From Callorhinchus milii (lineage: Eukaryota), in the NCBI RefSeq assembly GCF_018977255.1, contig NW_024704742.1:54128001-54192000 (forward strand): a stretch of DNA of 64,000 bases, given 5' to 3'. Positions 54,671 through 64,000 of this stretch are shown one piece after another (within the stretch, counting starts at the first letter, position 1; each line of letters starts with the position of its first letter). The notes beneath the pieces were generated by a model. That model was given only the letters and a program-made list of their open reading frames with translations, had not been told where the DNA came from and ran no database searches. The position numbers and the translations under genes were made by a program.

Positions 54671-57055
54671 TGTATTGTTGTCTGTCATCCCCATTTGTAA
54701 ATCTTCTGCAATTTGAAAATGCTTTATTGCTGTCAACCTTTGGAATGTGATTGGGTAAATAGCATATGAAGAATGTGTGCGTCTTCAATCTAGAAACTGG
54801 TACTTTTCTGTGTTTCATTGGACCTATTGGCTAATACATGGTAATTTTAATGCAGTGTGATGGTACCTAACACTTTATAGGATTATCAAATGGACCCATG
54901 TAGATCAGAAATTTGCATTGTTTAGAACTATGTTCATCAGATGGATCTAGCAGTTGTTTTGTAACAAGGAAAGTCTAAGCTTGAATATATTTTCAAGGAA
55001 ATCTCAGAAATCCATATTGTTGTGGAGGCTCTATTGGTAACATTCCGATCATGTTTTATTTAAAATCTCTGTTCTCAGCTGCAAAGGTAGACGGATTCAA
55101 AAATGGGAGGTTTTATAAATCTGCGGTTCAAGATGAAAGATTTATGTCTTTTTCCTTCAAGTAGTAGAAGGATTTTTTGGTCTAAACAAATCTCTGGAGG
55201 CTAAAACAGTCTTGCTGTGTGAAACTGCATAAGTGGTCCTGAGGGAAACAATAATCTTTCATATTGCCGTACAAAGAAAGAAACCTTGAAGAGGTACAGG
55301 AATAACTAAATTTAAAAAAACGGAGTTGGAGGGAGTGTACTGTCCAGCACTTTGAGATGTCCTCCTGACATGAAAGGCACTGTACGAATGTTATTTTGTA
55401 TAAAGCAAGCAGATTGTCAGAGAATTGTATACTTCCCTTGTTTTCAACAACAAAACCAAAATTACATTTATATAGCATCTTTCACAGAAGGCAGATTGCT
55501 TTCCGCGGGGGTAATAATCCCTTCAAAATAACTAATGAAATAATTATAATAATAATCACATCAGAAGGCCATCCCAAGTCATTACACAGTTAATGTCTTG
55601 TACCCAAGCTAGGGGTGGAATCAAGAGGAGTGGAGAGTAGGGGGGGTGGGAGAATAGCCAAAAGCACAGTGAAAGAGGAAAGTCTTCTCATTTGAGAATG
55701 TTTTTTTGGACAGCCAGATGCCTGATACATGCGGAAACCCATCACCATGCTTAAGAGTATCCAAACTAAGAGAGATACTGACAGTTCCATACATCCCACT
55801 TATACCTGGATATTCTTGAGAAGCGTTGTTGCACCCAATATGGGGCTTGAACCCACTACAACAACAACACGATTACATTTGTATAGCACCTTTCACTTCG
55901 GGAGGACGTCCCAAGGCGCTACCTTCTGACTCATAGACTGAATAGCCTTATCCTGTTTCTCTGTATCATTGAATAAGCAAAAACAAGTCATATTTTTTAA
56001 AAATCTTTATTTAAAAACCTAACAATCAGAATGCCTGACAGTGATATATTCAATAGCGAGACTAACCCTTTCCATATTTATGTATTTTGATTGAATTTCC
56101 TATTAGAAACACATAATGAGAAGACTACCAGAACCGGCAATAAACGCATCAGAATTGCTTTCAATTTTTAGTGTTACACATTTTGTAAGGGCACACTTTG
56201 GTGAAATGTGCTGGTCTTTATATTGATGTGCTTGGGAATCAATGTATTAGTGCTTTAAATTGCTTTTCTGGTAATCGGGAGTAATCTTCGTATTTTTACT
56301 GCAGGACACTGCTTTTTTTGTTTCACCATTAACGGTGAAATCCAGGCAAAGTTTTATTGTGCAAATGATCATCATGTCTCACTTGCAGAGCCAAGCCTTC
56401 TGAGTTATGGGTCTGTCACACTCATGAAGGAGCAACACTAACTCACTGTCCCAGGTGAAATGTCCTCTCTATATTGCTGTCAATATCCCATTGCAACAAA
56501 AGTAGCATTTATGGTAATGAATAGTGAAAGGAATATGGAAACTGAATGTCACCCAGATGAGCAATGTGATCAATTCAGATCACTTCTGATGTTGCAACTG
56601 CTAGTTCATCACCCTCACTATATATTTTACCAGATACCAGATCGATGATCAAAACATCAGTGGAAATTTTGCTTTAGTGGCACCCATGATGCTGGCTGGT
56701 GTTTATTTAAATACTGCAAATAAGTTTCAGACATTGGCTTACATTAAAGAGTTCACCAAAGAGTGCTTCAGATTTCTTTGCTGGAGTTGACTTACGGTCC
56801 CTGCAGACAAATGGATGTGCTTCTTTGAAATAGTTACTTATTTCTTGTGGAAGTCCTATTTCAGTCCAGTGAACTGCAGGCTATCGTTGTTATTTTTCTG
56901 AATTGCCACCTATTTAGATTGGCACTGGTAAAATCAACCCTGTAAACTTTGAGTGAGATACAAGGTTTGTGCAGAATTTCAACTGTCGTCTGATTGAAAT
57001 AACTTTTCAATGATATTTTCTTTACCGAGACCTTGGGTTTTAGAACTGTAACCAA

Positions 57056-57466
57056 CATACTTTTGGTCCTCACCTTCAAAGTCCTTCACGGTCTTGCTCC
57101 CCCCTACCTCTCCGACCTCCTAACCCCCCTACCACCCTGTTCGCTCCCTCCACTCAGCGGGCTCTGGCCTGCTTCACACCCCCACCTTGCTCACCCCACT
57201 ATCGGCGGGCGGGCCTTCCGCCACTCTGCACCCACCCTCTGGAACTCCATCCCACAGTCCCTCTGTCTCGCCCTCTCCTTCGCCACTTTCAAGACCCACC
57301 TCAAGACCCTACTCTTCGAATGTGCTTTTGATCTCCCTGCTTCTCCCCCTGCCCTCCCCCCCTCCCCTACCCCGACCCTCAGCTTGGGTCCGTAACTCTG
57401 TCTGTCCAGTGCCTTGGGAGGTCCTCCCGACGTGAAAGGCGCTATACAAATGTAATTTTGTTGTTG
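57056..57466 (+). mobile_element. L2 LINE 3' fragment
   Basis: [49 protein letters not shown]-rich UTR, (ttg)n tail. Confidence 0.9.
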
Positions 57467-58439
57467 TATATTGACACAACCACTCTTGCAATAGATATTC
57501 AGGAGTTTCACTTGATTATTTGTATGGATCAGAGAAAATGTACTGAGCACTTTCTCACAGCAATAAAATCAGTGGAACAGACTCCATAATAGATTACACT
57601 AGTGGCTTAATAAGAAATATACTTTTACCATTTCATACATGATTTCCTAAACAATAAATGAACAATGAGTGCTATTCATTTGAATGTAAACTTTAACATT
57701 CGAGTCTGTAGCCTGATATTGTAAATATATAAACACGGTAGTTACTCTGATTAGTAATCATTTTTAGTCTGCTTTGGTTCCAATGTTTACTACAAACTGT
57801 TTTATGAAGTAATTTGATTCAGAAAGTAATGGATTTTTAAGTATCAGTCAACAATTTTTTTTAAATCATAAAAAATGCTCAGATTCAGAGTTTGGGGTTC
57901 CTTGTTCGGATCATGTAAGTTTCTGTCTTTGCGAAAACTTGTGATGATTCCACTAAACTTGGCTTGACAGAAGCCTGATGGGGACGATAAGCATGTTCAA
58001 GTAGTTTGCAACGTAAGTAATAAGTGTGATCACAATATGTGAATCTTGATTGACAGGTTAGTGACAGCACAATTCCACTAAAAATCACATTGGAAGTGGC
58101 AGTTACAGAGGGCTGGAAAAAAAACTTGTGAAAAAGTTTGTATCTCCAGACATAATGAAAATGAACAACACACAGATTGTATCAATCCCTTGGTCTGAAG
58201 AGCTTAAACTTGAATCTGTCAAAAAGCAAACAGCACACGATGCCTTCTTACTTATGTTAGATTTATTGTAACATATAACTGGCACAAGTGAGACAAATAC
58301 TCACGTTATCTCTATAATGAAATTGGTAAAATGGGTTGAAACGCTCAAACTGAAGTTTTAAAGTAAGTACCTCGATGTGAAACGTTTTTGAGGAAGCCAG
58401 ATCATTATTTTTTTTGAAAAAAGGAAACCTCAAATTTCA

Positions 58440-58690
58440 ATACGCAAAATAGTGCAGATGCTGGAAATCTGAAACAAAAACAGAAGTTGCTGGGAACACT
58501 CAGCAGGTCAGGCAAAGGAAAGTGAGTCAACGTTTCGGGTCCAAGACCCTTCGTCAGAACTAATAGACTTTTGAACATGTCCCAATGTTTCGATTCTGAC
58601 AAAGGGTCGTGGACCCAAAACGTTGACTCAATTTCCTTTCTCCATAGATGCTGCCCAACCAGCTGAGTGTTCGCAACGACTTCTGTTTTA
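58440..58690. mobile_element. Head-to-head pair of Penelope-like terminal repeats
   Basis: Arms ~58477-58559 and ~58594-58689 are reverse complements (gagtcaacgtttcgggtccaagacccttcgtcagaa / ttctgacaaagggtcgtggacccaaaacgttgactc). The ctgacgaaggg...gaaacgtt motif is typical of Penelope ends. Confidence 0.72.
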
Positions 58691-59137
58691 ACCTCAAATC
58701 TCAACTTGGTTTATTCAGTGTCTGTTTTGTGTCTTGCTATAAACTTCTGCATTTTATTTAAACAGCCTTGTTGTAGCTAAGATATTTGAACGGTTATGAT
58801 CAGTTTTGACATGATGAAGGAGTCAGTAAACAATATAATTGACATTTATATAGCAAATTCCACATTGAAAGGATGTCCCAGGACACTTGGCAGTCCTAGC
58901 TGGGCACCCAAACTGAGGTCTTTTACATTTGCTGTGGTGTGATGCCTCTATGTCTCTGCCTTGCCCCCTGTCTATCTCCATGTGTATTCAAATCGTATCT
59001 TAAAAACTGTCCTTTTGACTGCATCTATGGTCACCTGCCCCCACCCCCTTGTCGCTGTATAGCACTGTAATACATTCTCCTACATGAAGGACACTATGTA
59101 CAGGCGCTATAAAAATGTAATTTGTTGTCGTTGTTGT

Positions 59138-59600
59138 TCCGTCCACAAGTGCAACCCTGAGTTTCTGTTGGCTTGCCACTTTAATTCTCCATCCCACTCC
59201 CACTCTGACCTCTCTGTCCTTGGCCTATTGGCTGCTCCAATGAAACACAACGCATTTCATCTACCTCCTAGGCTCCTTGCAGCCCTCTGACCTCAACATG
59301 AATTTTAACCACTTCAAACCTTAAGCACAGCCCCTGTCTTCTCTCAGCCCTGCCTCCCCCCTCTCCCCTCCCCCTCTTCTATAACCATTCACACATCCTT
59401 TGGGTCTCAGGCACATCTTTAATTTCTATAATCTCTCTCTATTGCCTTCTTTAGTCTTGCACCATCAACACCTCTGTGATTATCATCACCTGTCCTCCAC
59501 CTAGTTTTTTCCTTTGACTTTCTTTCCCCACCCCCTTCTCTGTTTGTCCTTATAAACTGCTCCCTTCCATCATTCCCCAGTTCTGACTAAAGGTCATCAC
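59138..59600 (+). mobile_element. Penelope-like element 3' fragment (GIY-YIG C-terminus and UTR)
   Basis: SVHKCNPEFLLACHFNSPSHSHSDLSVLGLL, followed by a pyrimidine-rich UTR ending ccagttctgactaaaggtca. Confidence 0.72.
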
Positions 59601-59865
59601 TTGATTTGACATTTGATTATCAAGCATGTCAGCTTGAACTCAGCTCCAACGAAACTCCACTTAGCACTCCACCCAAGAAGGATAGTAACTAGTTGGTCAT
59701 TTGACATCCGACAAGCACAGGTTTGAGCCCTCACTAGATGAATGGCAGGTACCAGGAACTCCCTGTGATTTTCTTGGTGATCAGCACTGCTCAGCATGAA
59801 ATGTGTGTGAACGTTCCTACCATCTTCTGCCCACAGCTCGAATTGGGATTGGAATAGATAGTATA

Positions 59866-60492
59866 TAATAGTCTTTGCATTTGATGTAACGCTTTTCACA
59901 TTTTCTAGACATCTCATAGCGCTTCACAGAATATACTGTAAAGTGAATTGACTGTATATTTGTGGGCGAAACGTGGCAGCCAATTGCACACAGCGGTGTC
60001 CCACAAACAGTCGTGGATTGAAGTGACCAATTTATTATTGTTTTTTTTTCTTGAGGGATTATTATTAGGCATGTGGAGTAAGGAAACTCGCCCAAGGTTT
60101 TGCCCTGCCGGGAATCGAACCCAGGTCTCTCGCTTGCAAGGCGAGTGCTTTAACCCGCCCGCCCCCTCCGCTCAGCTGGCTCTGACCTGCTCCACGTCCC
60201 CCGACCCACCCGTCCCACCATTGGCGGAGAGCCTTCAGCCACTCTGCCCCCAACCTCTGGAATTCCATCCCTCAATCACTCCGTCTCGCCCCCTCCTTAG
60301 CCTCCTTCAAGTCCCGCCTCAAAACCCTCCTCTTCGACCATGCTATCGGCCACCCCTCTTTCCCTCCCTTCTCCCCCCCCTTGACCCCAGCTCGGGTCTG
60401 AAATGCTATCCAGCGCCTTAGGACGTCCTCCCGACGTGAAAGGCGCTATACAACTGTAATCTTGTTGTTTAACCACTGAGCTACAGGACTCC
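59866..60492 (-). mobile_element. SINE split by an L2 insertion in its tRNA head
   Basis: SINE runs 59866-60155 and resumes at 60468-60492 (aaccactgagctacaggactcc). Confidence 0.88.
60156..60467 (+). mobile_element. L2 3' fragment with 7-bp TSD TTTAACC
   Basis: TSD at 60149-60155 and 60468-60474; ccaccattggcggagagccttc...ctctggaattcc body; (ttg)n tail. Confidence 0.9.
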
Positions 60493-61461
60493 TTTGACAC
60501 CTGTGCTTGAGTCTGATAGATTGCTCAATTGGGGAGCTAGCACCAGCATAGACACAATGGGCCAAGTGGCTTCTTGTGTTTTAAAACATTTTAGGATTGT
60601 ATTTATGACTGGATGCCATGCTGAGGTTGAAAATAAATTGCTGAATGGAAAAACTGCGGTCTAAATAGCATGAACACTGTTCTCATTCACTAAGAGGTCC
60701 ACAATTTATTCAATGCACAGCTATCATATCTTGTTGCACAACAAGATTTAAAAATTGCTTTTGAGTTGTAAAGTGTGTTCCCCGCAGGGAATCTGATGTG
60801 CATCAGACTTACGTGCAAAATCTCAGCAGTTTCAGGTCGGTGTAATGAACATGTGATGCACCTTATGGCCGTGTTACTCAGTGCTTGCACCATTTACGTT
60901 TGTTTACTCTTTCAAGTGCTTTCTCAATCCCCCTCCCTCCATCTGCTTCCTTCTTTAACCAACAACACAAATCATTCTCAGGCACAAATACACAGCTGTT
61001 GTCAATGTCACTTCCTATCACCTGGCAGTTCCCAGTTTGTTGGAAGAAATCGCTCCCTATGCCATTATTTCCTCCAAGGCGTTTAAGACCAGTAACCTGC
61101 TCCAAACCCTTAAGGCAGGTTTGAATGATGGTTCACATTATGATTTGAGTCTGGAACTACTATTAGACTAATGTTTGTCAATAGAGTCCTGAACCCTTCA
61201 TTGATACTAATCACAGTGAACATATTTAAGATTGTATTTTATGTTGCATTTCTTTCTTTACCTTAAGTGTTTTTACTAAACCTTAGCTATAAATGACCAT
61301 GTTTTACTTCAGTGAGACATTCAGGAACACAATTTGAAAATGGCGCATATAAATGTTATGGCTGAGTGTATCAAATTAGTTGGTAAAATTTAATCCTTTA
61401 TTTTTTGAAGCCACATTTTATTTTCTATTTTTAACATTGTTTTAATTAAATTTTTCCACAG

Positions 61462-61525
61462 AGCTACATCCACGGGAGCAGCCAAGCTCAGTTTGTTGCA
61501 GAGTCACACATCATACTGCTGCTGA
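61462..61525 (+). CDS. TUSC3: TUSC3 internal coding exon (human exon 7 equivalent)
   Basis: tttttccacag|AGC...CTGA|gtatccttt, 64 bp. SYIHGSSQAQFVAESHIILLL plus one base; continues in frame from the exon at 17101-17190. Confidence 0.96.
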
Positions 61526-61534
61526 GTATCCTTT
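61526..61534 (+). promoter_or_regulatory. U12-type (minor spliceosome) 5' splice site
   Basis: GTATCCTTT immediately after the exon matches the U12 donor consensus RTATCCTTT; the other donors in the window are U2-like. Confidence 0.88.
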
Positions 61535-61654
61535 GACATGCTTCCCCATGAAATGACAATTTTGAGTCAAGGTAATCTGTTCAATGAAATGCAAAAGTTC
61601 ATGTCAAGATTTACATAGAAAATAGCCTCACAATTATCCACTAGGAAGTGCCTT

Positions 61655-61855
61655 TAATAATAATAATAATAACAATCCTTGAATTTGATATAGCACCTAA
61701 TCACTTTGTTGAGACATCTCAAAGTGCTTCACAGAATATACTGTAAAGTGGATTGACTGTTTATTTTGTGAAACGTGACAGTCAGTTGCGCACAGCAATG
61801 TCCCACAAACAGAGGTGAAATGAGTGACTAATTTTATTTAGAGGGATTGTTGGAC
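61655..61855 (-). mobile_element. SINE 3' half. Other short 3' fragments at ~2320-2430, 2790-3025, 10889-11000, 20690-20775, 21826-21931, 24091-24260(-), 45580-45685, 52172-52285
   Basis: (taa)n..tccttgaatttgatatagcacc..cttcacagaatatactgtaaagtg matches the SINE tail. Confidence 0.78.
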
Positions 61856-63769
61856 AACAATGCCCCAAATGTATTGTTTTTCATTGTTTGGTGTTTGAAA
61901 CACACTAAATAAGAACAGGCGAAACAATAAGTTACAATGTTTTTCACCATTAGAAATACATTTTGAATGAAATTGAGCAAATAGTTATCAGTAATAAATT
62001 ATTGATGAAGACATTTATGAAATAGGTAATTTACTTTTTTATTATTTGGTATTTGAAGCACACTACAGAGTGTTCTCTATTTGAGTTGAGTTAGGCATTG
62101 TATCCAGCACATTTTTGAGATATATATGTGGTTACTCTATACAATCAGTTCCTACTAAGTTCATATTTTTCCATTGTTGTCCGTCCACCCACAAGAGGCT
62201 CCAGTGCTTGTATGAATGTATTTGTTTTGTCATTTTAGACCTTTAAAATCTGCTGCCCTCTGGCTCATTGGGAATGTAAAAATCACTGGGTGGTTAATTG
62301 AACTGGAGCTGATTAAAGTTTGAGTGAAATTCTATTGAAAAGTAAAGTAAAGAAAAATACAAAAACAATCTTCTGGATGCGAACTGGTAGAAAATGCTGG
62401 GAAAATGCACTGCTCAGAAAGGTTGCACTTTTTAGTTCTTGTGTCTTCTATTTTCAAATAATTTTTTTTTACAATCCAGCAAATGTTGGGATCAAAAATG
62501 TAAAGAGTTGCCATGGTTTTAATAAAATTGCTAACTGGGTGTTGGGCTGCCTTGCTTTCTCCCCCCAACTTATGTTCAGATTTTTAGTCCTTGACAAGAA
62601 GTCTATGTATACAATCTAATAATGAATTTCTATTACTTGTTGAATGCTTTTCGGTTGCTGATTCTACGGTCCCAATCTCTCTTTCTCTTACTTATCCCTC
62701 ATTGTTTCTATGACCTCATTCTGTCTTGCTGACACTCATTTGTTTCACACTGTCTCCAAGGCCTCAATCAATTCCTCTCTATTACATTTCTTGTCTCCAT
62801 AATCTCAACCTTTCTTTCTCATCTCGATTTTTCTTTGTATTATTCTTGCTGATGTCTGTCTTACCCTTCCTTCCCACCTAATCTTTGCAGTTTAACACTT
62901 TCATCTTTCTCTCAGATTCCACATCGCCTGCTCTCTGATCTCACTTGATGTCCGTCCATCGCTCTGCCATCTGTCCCTTGTTGTCCACATCCGTGCTCTC
63001 CATCCTAAAGTCTCCAATGTCCTTATTGTTCTATCTGCCATCACCAACTCATTCCTCAATCTCTCCCAGCAGCTTACTGTATCAATTATTCTTCCATTAC
63101 TGACACAATTCCTCACTCTATCTCTACTCCTTTGAATGTCACCCGACACTCTCCCACTTGTATTCACGGTTCTCATTTTGTCTTGCCATCATGCTTTATC
63201 ATATAGTAATAATATTGGCATTTGATATTGTACCTATGTGAACATATTTCAAACCTCTTCACTCAAGTGTAATCACTGTGTATTGGTACGTATATGTCAT
63301 GGTGGTTTTGCAGCCAATTTGTGCCTACCAGTTCCCACAAACCACCATGAAGTCAATAATCAGCTTATCTGGAGGATTTTTGGCCAGGGCACCAGGAAAA
63401 TGATGATGCCTCCAATGATGTAGAACTCCTCCCAGTGTGGGCCTAAACTGAGCTCAAAGACCTGTGGGGTTTGAATCCACAACATTTTGACCTAGAGACA
63501 AACCAGAATTGACACAGCTAGGCTGATAAACATCCAACCTGTGTCTTCTTCATTCTCCTACACTTTCCTGGACTCCCTTTAACAAATTCCTTCACATAGA
63601 TCAGTCACTGCTTTCATTCTTTACACAGCCTGACATGCTTATTGTTCATCCATTACTTTATCCTTCTGCTTCCTGATTCTTATGTCTTTCACTATTTTCT
63701 CCACATCTTTTTTTTCATCATCACAGTCTGTCCTCAAGCATTATTTCTGGAATCCGTCTTCCATCAGTT

Positions 63770-64000
63770 TCTCCATTTCCTTTACACAGAGGGTTGCGTG
63801 AATGTGAAATTTTCGACGAAGAACAGTGGTTGAGGCAGAATCCATAGATTCTTTCAAAAGAAAATTTGAGAGGGATGAATTCATGGAGAAGAGAATATTA
63901 AAGGATATGGCAAGTGAGCAAGAGAGTAGGGATTACATTGTCTGATGTGGAGAAAAACGCCAGGGTGACTTGATGAGCTGAATGATTTTTTTATGCACTG
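63770..64000 (+). mobile_element. CR1 LINE 3' end remnant
   Basis: tttacacagagggttgcgtgaatgtgaaat (FTQRV..WN-like) ... gtggttgaggcaga ... gacttgatgagctgaatg, similar to 1-197 and ~39535-39645. Confidence 0.65.

Overview
AT-rich, repeat-dense vertebrate genomic DNA. The repeat types (tRNA-headed Deu-type SINEs, L2, CR1, shark-type Penelope) suggest a cartilaginous fish, which is inference. The whole window lies inside one + strand gene, TUSC3 (OST3/OST6-family oligosaccharyltransferase subunit). Six internal coding exons are present (324-493, 6570-6687, 15482-15622, 16182-16322, 17101-17190, 61462-61525), with a 44,271-bp intron between the last two; the start and stop codons lie outside the window. 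The last exon is followed by a U12 (minor-spliceosome) donor, GTATCCTTT. Nearly all entries in the ORF track are spurious or transposon-derived. Points of interest: (1) a degraded ~2.3-kb endonuclease+RT LINE unlike the local L2/CR1 elements, a possible rare clade or horizontal transfer; (2) a SINE/L2 pair with a shared 3' stem-loop showing a compensatory base-pair change; (3) a double inverted templated insertion with 188-bp arms at ~97% identity; (4) nested insertions with target-site duplications and several unexplained hairpins. I found no evidence for a novel multi-gene system.
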